In this document: positions 13,330 through 24,500 of the stretch, one piece after another
Numbering within the stretch: position 1 is the first letter of the stretch
Layout: each line of letters begins with the position of its first letter
DNA from: Raillietiella orientalis
Lineage: Eukaryota
Length of the DNA: 64,000 nt
Assembly: GCA_036172245.1 (NCBI GenBank)
Contig: JAYWIR010000050.1
Coordinates: 868,001-932,000, forward strand
Reading direction: 5' to 3'
Notes under the pieces: generated by a model
What the model saw: the letters and a program-made list of their open reading frames with translations, nothing else
Databases searched by the model: none
Told to the model about the DNA's origin: nothing
Program-made: the position numbers and the translations under genes

Positions 13330-13960
13330 TTTCCAACGTTCGCGGTTTCCAAGGTGAACCGCATCGTGTGGTGGTCCGACAGCAGTGTCTGCTTGACGGG
13401 GAATCCCTGAATGCGGTTGGCGAGTTCTTGACTATACAGGGCGTGGTCGATTGACTTGTGGGCGACTGTTGGCCACAGCTGTCTGAACTCTTCGGACAGG
13501 TACGGATACGATGCCCTGCCTCGGGCTTTGACGCTCTGGGAGATAATGTTCAGTGTGTTAAAGTCACCCCTGACGAGAACGATGTCTTTTGGCTTGCCTT
13601 GCTGCGTGGAAGGTCCTGCGCTGCCTCCACACACTGGTGTTTCCCTCGGTGTGGTTTGCACACGTTCACCAGGAACAGGCGAATCACTGCCGGACAGGGG
13701 CACGACGATGCGGCCGGACCACAGGGGAAAGGTTTCCGCGACGGTGTGCGCGAGTCTGTTCTTCACGAGAGTCTCCCATCCCTTCGCCTTCTTTTCGCCC
13801 GTGCTCGCGGGCATCTGGCCGTTCAACCTCTGCTCTGGTTCCAGGTAGATTTGATGCTCTTCCCCGTGAGCTTCCTGCAGGCACACGCCGGAAGGTGTGC
13901 GCGAGATGCGTCTCCTCCTGATCCGACATCCCCCTTGATGTTCCAGGAAGCGATTTTATT
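13330..13960 (-). pseudogene. Degenerate APE-type endonuclease domain of LINE ORF2
   Basis: Motifs in order on the minus strand: IASWNIKG (13931-13954), CLQEAH, VRGDFNT, IDHALYS, LSDHH; frameshift after the first motif. Confidence 0.85.
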
Positions 13961-14119
13961 GCTCCTGGCGGTCGGCAGGAAACAAGCTATCGATGATTTA
14001 GTGGACAGATTCAGTCTTCTTTTTCTTCTTTTCCTGCTCGGGAGGAGTCCGCCGCTTGCTCCCAGCAGATTTTTCATCACCGACGTCGCTTCCAGTTTCG
14101 GCGAAGTCGGGGCATTCAT

Positions 14120-15070
14120 TATAAAAAAAATATAATAAAAATCGTCTGCATTACAGATTCGTGGTAGAACATTTCTTTCTACCACGCACGAGTCGCTTGC
14201 CAAAAACCGGCAGACCGGTGACGTCCGCTCCATCGGCGAAGGAGGAGGGAAAACCATAAAAAAAAAAGGGAGGGTGGAGTTTCCCAGGGAGAGCAGGGTA
14301 GGGAAGAGATCACCGTTTGCCTGGAGACGTCCTCTGCACCCTGTTCAGGGTGCTGACAAGTGCTGTTTTGGCATTGACCAGGTGAGGCCATCTCGATGCG
14401 GTCCTCGAAAAGATCATCGTCCAGTGGACGGCATCCCTGCCATCTTTGCCCTCTCCTTGTCGCCTTCCAACATGCCACGGACACAGCAGAGAACTGCTAA
14501 GTACGCGGCCGGAGACAGATCGGTACGCCGGAGGAGGCTTCGGAAAATGTCCCTTGGTTCGCCCTTTGGTATTGCTAGAATCGTCGAGAGACGATTCCAA
14601 AGGAATCGAAGGGCAGAAGTCTATCAATAAGTGCGGGGAGGTCTCCCCCTTCTCGCCGCACTTTGCACAATGGCATCGACGCTGCCTTGTGCCCAATGAG
14701 AGAGGAGTGCCCTTCCTGGAATTCCCCGATGCAACAACAGCACCACCACCTCCTGCCATTTCACCTCCTCCGGAGGAGGTGAAGTGGCAGGGGAGAGAAT
14801 AGGGAGAGTGCCACTGTCCCAACACGTTGGGGGCCACTTCACCTCCTGCAGAGGTGTCGCGAGCAGCTCTCCCCAGCGTGACAGTCCTTTCGGCGGGCCA
14901 CTCGGGGTCGCAGCGTCCGCTAGCTGCCCAGTTGTCCACGCGCTTAAAGTTTTTTTCCTGCCTTGGATTCGGCAGGCCACTTTCCATCTTGCCGGTTCAT
15001 TGCTGTCCCTAGCATTTTCAAAAGAGGGCAAGTGGGCGCTGCCGTCCTTAGTATTTTCCTTTTCTTGGGG
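14120..15070 (-). mobile_element. L1/Tx1-like LINE 3' fragment (related subfamily)
   Basis: Minus KWQEVVVLLLHRGIP...HW, then CAKCGEKGETSPHLLIDFC (zf-RVT-like); the 3' part matches 17500-17640. Confidence 0.75.
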
Positions 15071-15499
15071 TGGACGAGCAGCCCGTGTTATTTTCCCTGC
15101 GGAAGGGAAGGACTGTCGGTTGTTCTGGACGTATTTAGCTTTCGCCCTATTCAGGGCATCTCCCAGCCTCACCCTTGACCTACCGTGCACTACCGTGGTT
15201 TGCATTTTTCCCTGGAGCGTGGAGATTCCAAGCAGATCCTCTCTCCGCTCTTCCTCCGTGTTGTCCGGACGGGTTGTTGCGGCGAGTGTGGCTGCTTCCC
15301 TCTCCAGTTCCGCCGCCTGTTGTTCTTCCTCGGTTGCGCCACTATCCGTTGGTGCTGTTTAAGGAGGTGGAAGCTCTCCCTTTCTGGGTTTCCTTCTATT
15401 CTTCTGCTTCTTCTTTCTCAGAACTTCCATATGGCCCGGTTCTTCCTGCTGTTGTTGCTCCCGTTCCTGTACTGCAGGCAGAGAGGGCGGCCCTTTTGT

Positions 15500-17205
15500 G
15501 ACCAGTCACGTCGCGAATCACCTGCATTTTCGCTTGCTGCGTCCAGATTGCTTGCAGCAATGGTACTGCGGCGGCTTTGTGTAGCCTCGAATAAAGCGGC
15601 CCTCCTGGCCACGCCTGAAACAGTGCGCCTTCGGGCAGGCGTCCCGATTCGATGGCCGAACCCCTTGCAGCCTGCGCAGAAGGTGGACTGCAGCTGGTAT
15701 CTTGCCTACGCGTCTTGCGGGGGCGAGTCGATGCACACTGCTCCTCGGATGTCGGCATCTTCGAACAATTTGATGCGGTCCGTTGCTTCGCCCGCGATCT
15801 CTTCCATATACTTGCGGAACGCAGCCTTCTGGACCGCGTTATACTGGGAGAGGAAGTCCCAGGTTTCATCCTGGTTCGTGAAAACACTGATTCCGGTTAG
15901 GTGGACACTGGTGGTGGATAGTTCTACCATTCCTTGCAGCGGTCGGTTTCAGGACGATGCAGCATCTGTTGCAGGCTCCCATCATTCGTATGGGCGATCG
16001 TGGACGGGACGTTGGCTTTCATTTTTCTAAATTCCACGCCTCTGTTTCGGAGCGCGACATAGATGTCGCTCACGTTCGCGAGACATAGTGGTCCTGTTTT
16101 AAGGGTGACCGTCTTGACCTCGCCTTCTACGAGGTGCATTTCAAAAGTGAGGGAGGATAGAATATAAGGAACGAATAGAAGAAACAGAAATGCATTGGTA
16201 GGGGTTATGAACACGTACATCCCCGTGTCGTTTTTCCACGTAGTCGCCATTTTTCTTCTCTCCAAACACTTCTGCCAGCGTGGAAGAAGCTTTTCGAAAC
16301 CGTCTGCGTGGAATTCCTGGGAGTTCAGCCACTTTAGAAGCACCGCCGCTTTCCACTCCTCACCTACCCCCCTCGAGTGGTTGAGCCACTCCCGGAGGTG
16401 CAGGAAGGAAGGCGTGGTAGCCACCGGGCAGGGCTGGGAGGTGGGTGATGTTAAAAAGCTCCCATTTGAATTCCTGGATTGTCTGGAAAAATGTGCGGGC
16501 AGCAGGTGCGTGGGACCAAAAGGGCCTTTGGCGGACTTCATGGAGCCACTTGGCAAGTCCACCGTGGAGCACTTTCCAAAATGCGGCGTGCCATCCAGCA
16601 GAACCGACGACGTGGGCAGCGATGAGACCAGGAACTGTTCTTCTCCTTCAGGGCAACGAGCGCCTTGGCAACGCATGCTGCCCGCACATTTTTCCAGACA
16701 ATCCAGGAATTCAAATGGGAGCTTTTTATCATCACCCACCTCCCAGTCCTGCCCGGTGGCTACCACGCCTTCCTTCCTGCACCTCCGGGAGTGGCTCAAC
16801 GATTACGCAGAGGGTTTCAAAAAGCTTGTTCCACGGTATCAGAGTGTTTGAGAAAAAATGGCGACTACGTGGAAAAATGACACGGGGATGTACGTGTTCA
16901 GAACCACCACCAATGCATTTCTGTTTCCTTTCTTTGTTCTTCCTTTATATCCGATCGCCCTCTTACTTTTGAGATGCGACTCGTATGTTCCAAACAAGTT
17001 TCTTTACTTGTTGTATTTCGAAGGTGGTGGGTTTGGTAGGCCCCGCCATCGTCACATTCGCTCTGTTTGGTGGTGTCGCCACAGACACGTAGCAGAGGGG
17101 CTGTGGTGTTGCTGATGCTGCGAACGATGGCAGTACCATCATGGCCAACTCTGGAACCTCTGTCGAGGTCGACGGTTGGCACTCCATGGGAGAAGTGCTA
17201 CGCAC
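15500..17205 (-). pseudogene. Degenerate LINE ORF1 (gag-like, three CCHC zinc-knuckle remnants) interrupted by a mariner foldback element
   Basis: Knuckle remnants CAGCKGFGH...C / CFRRGQEGRFIRGY / HCCKQSGRSKRKC at ~15520-15690. Removing 16130-16985 restores the frame ...KLVWNI|EGEVKTVTLK... Confidence 0.75.
16130..16983. mobile_element. Non-autonomous palindromic mariner-derived element (two transposase 3' ends head-to-head), copy 1
   Basis: TA at 16128-29 and 16984-85; ends cgaggtgcatttcaaaagt / acttttgagatgcgactcg. Transposase remnants RRAIQQNRRRG, VLLLQGNER (HDNAR-like), QEFKWELF, GYHAF/FLHLREWL, AEGFKKLVPRYQ..NGDYVEK. Confidence 0.92.
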
Positions 17206-17339
17206 TGCCCGGAGTTCGGTAGTGCCTCCGCTCTTCTGCTTCCAGAAGGCGTAGGGCGCCGGAGTGGTGGTTGGGTCTGCGATGACCTCTACTTCTTACG
17301 CCATCCTTTCTTCCTCCAACGTAGATTGTTTTTTCACCC

Positions 17340-17690
17340 GGATTTTCCGGGGCATTTATTACTGAAAATAATAAAAGTGCATAGGTTTGGTCAAAGTGGT
17401 AAAATACTCGGTTCGTCCAGCAGCGAAGGGGGAGGGGAGGGGAGGGGAAACCGCAAAAAAAAAAACGGAGGCAAAGGGTTTGGAAGAATTGGGCACGTTT
17501 CACTGGGAGACGTCCGCTGCATCTTTTCCAGGATGCTTAGAAGTGGTGTTCTTTCGTTGCCCAGGTGGGAACATCTTGAGGCGGTCTTCAAAAAGATTCG
17601 CACCCAGTGGATGGCGTCCTTGCCATCCCGACCTCTTCTTTTCATGTTCCAGGCTGCCACGTAGGTTTGACACCCGGTTGCGTCAGAGCG
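17340..17690 (-). mobile_element. Short LINE 3' fragment (same subfamily as 14120-15070)
   Basis: Minus GRDGKDAIHWVRIFLKTASRCSHL vs GKDGRDAVHWTMIFSRTASRWPHL in ORF 14310..14987. Confidence 0.7.
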
Positions 17691-19010
17691 TTTATTTATA
17701 AAAAGTAAACATACATGTCAGTGGCAGGACGCTTGGTCCTGCCACTTTACCAATCCAACCATGGGGACCTGCCGAGAGCCGGCACGCGGGCCGGCGAGGT
17801 TCGCTTCGGCCTCAGAGGGGAAAGCAAAACAAACAAAAAGAAAAACAAAACAAAAAAAATAAGTACACGAAAAATTGGGAGGGTTCAGGAAGGGATCACC
17901 AGGAGTTGGAGGGCGTCTTCTGCATCCTTGTGAGGATGCCGGCAAGTTCCTGTTACAAGACTCCCAGATGAGGTCATCCTGGCTCTATCCTTATGAAGAG
18001 GACTGCAAGGTAGATGGCGTCCCTGTCGTTCTGGCCTCCTCAAAGCCACGGTCCCGCCGCGTGGACAACACAGTGCTGCTGGGGATGCGGCCGGCGTGGA
18101 GTCGCACAGGAAGAGGCGCTTCAAAACGTGTCTGGGGTTGCTCTCGGGGTTCCGCACGGACGCGGCAAAGCGTTCCCGCAGGGGGCGGAGGGCAACACAA
18201 TCCAGGAGCAGGTGCGGGAGAGACTCTCTTACCCCGAACCTGCTGCAGTTGGGACTCGCACTCCCCCGGGTCCAATGGTGTCGGCAGGCGGTGCACGGGA
18301 GGCCCCAGTGCAACAGAAGGATCGCCGACTCCTACCACTTAAGGGTAGCACTGTTCCAGCATGCTGGGGGTCACCCTACCTCCTCCGGAGGAATTTCTAG
18401 TAGCTCTTCCCAGCGTAGTGGTTCTTTTGGAGCGGCTCTTGGGGTGGCAGCGTCCATCAGCTCCCGAGTTCTCCAAGCATGCATAAGTTTGTTTTTGTTT
18501 TTAAGTAAATACGTCACCTCCCATCTCGCCGAAGGGTAGCAGTCCCTTGCTTCCCCCGTAAGGAGGGCAGCACTGGGGCAGGGAAGGGGGTGTAGACGAC
18601 GCTCAAAGCAGATTCCTGGTGTTACCCAAAGTCTCCCTCATCGACTGACGAGTGTATCTGCTGTTTCGTAGGCAGATGCACTCTGCCTCGCTCGTGCCGT
18701 TGATTTTACCCCATGCGGAAACGGACTTCTGCAGCCAAGTAGCCAGTTCGCAGGGAGAACGGAGATGCAGGGATTTCCTTGCCCATGGCAGCCATTTGGA
18801 GAAGTTGAGAGCTGAGATGGCTCAAACTTCGCTCGGTGGCCGCGACGACCGAGGTCAGTCCCTCGCAGCCACTTGCTCGCTTGGAGAGGATCCTTGCCGG
18901 AGCTCGCCCCAAGGCGTAGTCCAAGGCTTGGAAGCTCAGTACGAATTCTCGGAATTGGAGCTGATGCTGCATCCTCTCGAGCATAAGGAGGGCCAGTCCA
19001 CCATCCTTAC
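17690..19010 (-). mobile_element. L1/Tx1-like LINE 3' fragment with 3' stem-loops and AATAAA
   Basis: Minus LHWGLPCTACRHHWTRG...CSRFGVRESLPHLLLDC; hairpin gtggcaggac-gcttg-gtcctgccac at 17721-17745. Confidence 0.8.
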
Positions 19011-19599
19011 GTGAAGCGCAGAGGCCCTTTAACCGGACTCTGGACCTCCCTTTGCCCCACAGGGCTTTTCTGCGGAGGTCCTCGGTCCTCTTTTGGATGG
19101 CCGTAGGGGCGGGGCAGACAAAAGCGTGGGTTGGTTGGTAGACCCTGAGGCAAGAACCTCAAGCCACTTTCCCGGTTAAGCGCAGTTAACCTCAGAGCCC
19201 GGCACAACCTCAAGGCTCGGCGTTCGAGGGTGGTAGGTGGGTTCCCCGTGCATTTTTCATACGGAAACGGGAAAGCAGGGAGTCCAGAAAGTTCGAGAGC
19301 TGAGCGCACGCTTACATAAAAAGAACGGTTCGAAGTGCGCCGAGCTGAAACCGGTCGTGAGCTGCTCCGACGGAGGACAGCGTACCTCAGGGCGTTCATG
19401 CTGGCCGCGACGTGCGTTCCTTAAAAAAAAAATGGCAGAAAAGGGGACAAAGGAAGCAATCAGCAGAAGACATGGGAAGAGTTCGGGATGGAATCCCTGA
19501 TATTCCGGGTAACCCGTCGTCATGACCGCTGGTGCTTCCCCTTGAGACCTCGGTTTCCAGATGTGCAGCGCCAGGCGGACCGGCACGAACGAGGGGACT

Positions 19600-20845
19600 T
19601 GCTGGGATGAAAGGGGGGCCGACCGAAATCCCGTGAAATCATAGGAAAGAAATACACACCTTCATTATATACATATATATATATATATACATGTATTAAT
19701 ACGTGTATTTATGTATAGACTGATGCGTGGATTAAGGTATATTCTAAACGTCATAAAAAATAAATATATACGTTCATTATGTACATTAATATACGTATAC
19801 TTACAAATGGATTCATATATAAATTTATTTTAACAAACACATTCATCAATGTTTGCCAATATGCATAGTATTAATGGTGATATTATTTTAGCACATGTGT
19901 ATATCAGCATTCATTAGCATACATATTATTCATATAATTAATCATATTTATTATCTATGTTAACACACATATGTATATAGGGTGAGATATATTATAATGA
20001 TCAAGAAAAATAAACATATGTTTTATTATACCTTTATTTATATTTATCATGATATGCGTATTATATTTACTGGCATATACATGAAATTTTTTAAAAATAA
20101 ATGGATTATCAGAATATACATGCGTGTTTATTATAGATACCAAGATAATTAATAATATGCTTATTTGCATATATTTAAAGATAAATGTGTTACACAGAGT
20201 ATAAAAGTAAATATGTATGTTTCTTATATGTACTAATATTTATATTGATATATAAATTAACATATAGATTAAGGTGCAGTTAATATAAAAATTGATTTTT
20301 ACATACACTTTTATAAATGCAATTAATAATTAATAATATGCATGAATATACTTGTTAAATTTTACAAGAAAATAAATAAGTGTTCATCATGCACATTTAT
20401 GCGTATGATAAGTGTATACGAAACGAAATGCATAAGTATGGAATTTTGGAAAATAAAAAAAGCATGGCAACACTTGAAAATGGTGGAGAAAAAGGAAGGG
20501 GGGGGGTGAAGCAAACAAATCAAAAAAGTAGGGAAAAAAATTTGGTATTTCCTTTTCCTTCCTTTCCAACACGCAGTAAACGACACTTCCTCAGGAAATA
20601 GCGAATTCCATTTTCGGGATTCGGATTGTAAGGTGAATACGTACATTTATGATTACATATTCATATATTCATTTCATACACATTTATTAATACAGACATA
20701 CATCTATTTTCATAATGTTTAGAATGTGTATTGCTCTGCATAGTAATCTTTACATAAGGATTCATTTAATGTATGTGAAAACCATGTGTGCTTATGTTTT
20801 TATGACCTTTCGGGATTTCGATCGGCACTCCTACATCCCGGCCCC
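19600..20845. repeat. AT-rich island bounded by imperfect inverted repeats (foldback/MITE-like)
   Basis: Left gctgggatgaaaggggggccgaccgaaatcccgtgaaatcata vs reverse complement of the right end gccgggatgtaggagtgccgatcgaaatcccgaaaggtcata; interior almost entirely A/T low complexity. Confidence 0.6.
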
Positions 20846-22744
20846 GGCGAGACCTGCCCGGGCAAGCAGCTTGGATTGGCGAGCTTTCCCCGTCGGAGGG
20901 CCCACCACGCTGCAAAAGAAGCAGCGGCAGGGGTGGGTCGAGGATGCTGTCTCCGTGGACAACGTTTGGGTAGCAGTGCGGGGTGGGAGAATCTTCTCCT
21001 CCTACTCCGCACAGGTGCGCTGCCAACAACAGCTGGGAACACTCAGGAAGGCAGAACGGACACTCATCGACGGTAAGATGAGGCGGCGCGCGAAGAGGCG
21101 CGCAGGTCTCCCGGACGGAAAGGACAAACGGGCTGCTTGCGGACAAAAGGTCAGCGGGAATGTCCCGGACTAGCCAGCCGACCCACTGGTCTCAACTTCG
21201 CTCCCGGCGGCGCAGCCGCTCTACGGGTCAGGCAGCGCGAGATTTCCCCCTCTTGGACGCCGCGTCCGGCGGACAGGAGGAGGAGGAGGCCCGACGGAAG
21301 CCACCGCTACGCAGGAACGTCGCGGGGCGGCCCGCGAAAGGCGGCCCGCGACCTCGGAGGCGTTCGGACAGCGGGAAGGAAGGGCGGCAAACCGAGGCAC
21401 TGCGACCGCGACCGCATTCGCGGACTCTTGATGCTTGACCCGCGGGGCAAGAAAGGGAATCGCCTACGGCACCCGCACACGATTCGAGAGTGGGCACACC
21501 CCCAACGACCCGGATCGGGGGTGAAGGGCGCGTCGGGCTTCGGGGCGTTTCCCATCCGGCACGGGAGACGGGACGTCCGCTTCGCGCGGCTCCAGGGGCG
21601 GCGCCGATCGGCCGTGCAAGAGACGCCACGTCCTCAGGCGGGAAGGGTCAACGACCGGACCGCGACCCTCGTCGTCGAGTCCGCGAGAGGCGCTCGGCCA
21701 AGCGGACGACGGCTTTCCGGGGGCAGAGTCCCGAGTCGGAGCCGCCGAGCCCTGGGGTCACCTGTTACCGCAAGCGTTCGCCAGCAGCGCCGGGGACTCC
21801 GCGGCGGCGACAGGGAGGCGGACGGAGGTCGATCGTGCACGGAGCTTCCCCTCCCCGCAGCAGGTCCCAGGGGGAGCGGAAGAGGCAGGCAAGGGTGGCA
21901 GTGCAGCCGCCGTCAACTCCTTCTCTTGGAAACGAGCTTCTCCCGGTCTAGAAATACCTGAACGGAATGCGTTGGAGGTCACGCGCGCCGCGGTCTAGTG
22001 CCAGTTGCGATAGTCGCCGCAGGCGAAAACACCCCCTCGAGATGTGCGGTTTCCACTTCCGGTAACGGACACCGTAATCGGAAAAGGACACGACTGCACC
22101 CTGTGAAATGCAGTACAATTCGTTGTTGCTGTTGTTGTTGTCCCCCACCCCACCCCGCTCCCGCGTATCCAGGGGAACAAGGGTTGGGACACCTGCTGAG
22201 AACGGTAAAGATGAACTTCGGTCCGCAGACTCCGAAGCACGAAAATTCAATGTCCACTTCTTTCCGGTGGAAACGACCGAGGAGGAGATCTGGTGGAAGA
22301 GAGATGGTTCGGCGCGGTTCCGGAACTGTAAGCCGGGAGAGAGAGCGAGGGGAAGTTCCCCTTGGAGCAGGAGGGCAGGAACGCAGCCACCTGTGGGAAT
22401 CCCCCGTTGCCGTGGCGACTGCCGAAACGTCCACGATCCGAGGAGGAGGGGAGGGGAGGGGGAGAAGAAGACAAGCAGACCGCACGCTTGCGTGGAAATG
22501 CCACAAAACGTCCAGAGAGGGAAACGGGCGCAGCAGCAGTTTCGCCTTCCGCACTCCGGAGTGCATTGCGTGATGAAACCTGCGGCTGCAGGAGGAATGC
22601 CCGGTGGGGCGCAGGAAACCTGCGTTAATCGTCTCCTGGCCAGTGGAATTCTCGCTCCAGCTCGGAAAGTTTAATGATGCCGGTCGAGCCCGCTCGCTCG
22701 TGGATCCCGCATCCCTCATTCCTTCTTCCGGGAGCAGCGCCCTA

Positions 22745-23184
22745 TCAGCTGCTATGATAACCACAGTGCATCTCCACCTTTTCCCGGTTCTCTTCGCTCA
22801 CTGGGGTATCTGAGTGGGACTTGCAGTGGCTCTGGCAGTATTCCAGGGTTCCCTTCAGGTTCCACAGCACGGTGGACAGCCCTTCTTCCAGCTCGGAGTT
22901 CCTCGTCAGAGGCAAAATGTCCGGATCGCACCCGGGAGCCCCTGGCGGAAATGTGGAGGGCGACTCGAAAGTCAGCGGGCGGCGACCCGCCGCCGCCCAC
23001 TTCCCCAGGTCCCTCCTACCAAGGTTGTCCTGGATGGTCTCCCAGAGGAGGAACACTTCCTTCATCCTGAGAAACAAGTTTGTGTGGTCCGCGTTGAGGT
23101 TCTTCTGGATGACAATGTCGAGCCTGCGCTTCTGCAGGTCAGTTAGGTCTGACCACTCTAAGAAAGCACTCTGAAGACATCGGA
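22745..23184 (-). CDS. Last coding exon of an unannotated gene; predicted helical, four-helix cytokine-like (Unpaired/IL-6/leptin class)
   Basis: Strong acceptor (long T tract, ctcttttgttttgcag|). Codons end strongly in G/C like the alpha2-delta exons (ctg cag aag cgc agg ctc gac atc..). Amphipathic segments separated by a Pro/Gly loop; TGA at 22747-22745; ATTAAA about 70 nt downstream. Confidence 0.75.
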
Positions 23185-23370
23185 CTGCAAAACAAAAGAG
23201 GGTAAAAAAAAAAAAAAAAAAGGGAGAGATGTCAGTTGAGCCTCCAGCTTTTTCATGTGTGGAAGATTCAGTTGGTGAGGCGATCGGCGCGTTCCTCACA
23301 ACTCCTCCCTCCTTCGGATCGAAGGTGCTGCCGGGATCCCCCCCCCCCCGCCCTCGAGCCACAACGCAAC

Positions 23371-23785
23371 CGGACGTCAGGAACGTTCGATCGCGCTCGC
23401 GTCGTCGCCTCGCGGGACGGCCGAGGAAGGGTGAAGATGCGGTCCACGGGCGACGACTCTCGGAACCCCGGCGACCGTGCTTTTTACGCACTCGGGTCAG
23501 GAAAACAAAAGCGGCGCGCGAGATGTTCGCCATGGCGACCGCCCCGATGTGGGGTTCCGAAATGGCGTGGTTCTCGGTGAATGAACGCCTCGGTGGAATG
23601 CCCGCTCTTCGGTGGCGAGAAATCTTTTCCTCGCGGATTGACCGACTGACGGCTCCGCTGCTGTTGGAAGCGACCGTGGCGGTGCACCACCGCACCTGAC
23701 CTAGAAGGCTGTCTTTCTCCCCAGAAGAATTGCCGGTTAGCACCGATCGTGCGGAAAAGCGCTCCAAGGTTTGGCGGGAAGCAAA
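23371..23785 (-). CDS. Putative penultimate coding exon of the same gene (pro-region, RHRR site, helix A, loop); boundaries uncertain
   Basis: Same frame as the last exon (ORF 22745..23806). Candidate acceptor gtctggcag| at 23785; N-glycosylation sequons NSS, NSS, NIS; furin-type RHRR. Candidate donors at 23492 (GTGCGT), 23488 (GTAAAA) or 23371 (GTTGCG). Confidence 0.45.
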
Positions 23786-23959
23786 CTGCCAGACGGCGAC
23801 ACACAAAGAAGTGACACGGTCTCCCGAAGGGAAAGCTTTGGACCGACCCCCGAAGGAACGGTCGCTGTGGCTTTTTTGTCTCCCAGAGCGAGTCCTGAAA
23901 GCAGGATCGAATCCGTCGGACTTTCATGCAGCCTTCTTGTTTCAGCAAGATGGCGGGCG

Positions 23960-24500
23960 CGAGCTAGCGGCTGCAGGGATGTCCAGTTCCGTACGAAAGA
24001 ACGTTCCAGAAGTCGAGAACAGCACAGCAGCGTCCGAGATGCGCTATGACGTGTGTGGGCGTGCTGTGATCTTTGCCGAACCACTTTGCACCATGAATGA
24101 AACGTGCGGGTACACGGCTGGCCGATACGATTGATGGGATTCTTCCAGAGCATGCGTTGCGGAGGAACTTTTATTTTGAATCGGCAGCTCGGGCGCACCG
24201 TCCAGCACTTTCCCTCTGCCGTCTTGACCAATTTTTTCAACTTTCCCATTTCCGGAAGATTTGCACAGATTCGTCTATGGCAGCACTGAGTCCTTCCAAA
24301 GCCTTTCATTTTCTGTTTCGTCACTTTAGGTGTCTGAAAGGGGAATTTCTCACAAACATACACATTACATACATAAGAAATTCCGGGCTATTCTATGTAT
24401 ACACGTATATATGTTGTAGCACATCTTGGATGTTGTTATGCTGACAATTTTGGGCCCGTTCTTTCGTACGGAACTGGACACCTGTGTGATCGCTAGCTCG
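23960..24500. mobile_element. MITE-like element with terminal inverted repeats
   Basis: cgagctagcg (23960-69) / cgctagctcg (24491-500) plus a perfect 24-bp tgtccagttccgtacgaaagaacg (23980-24003) with its reverse complement at 24457-24480; no coding capacity recognised. Confidence 0.75.

Noticed and set aside
20786..21076. Alternative alpha2-delta first exon (phase-2 donor near 21071)
   Set aside because: No proper N-terminal signal peptide and it begins inside a repeat; 38304-38431 is a better fit
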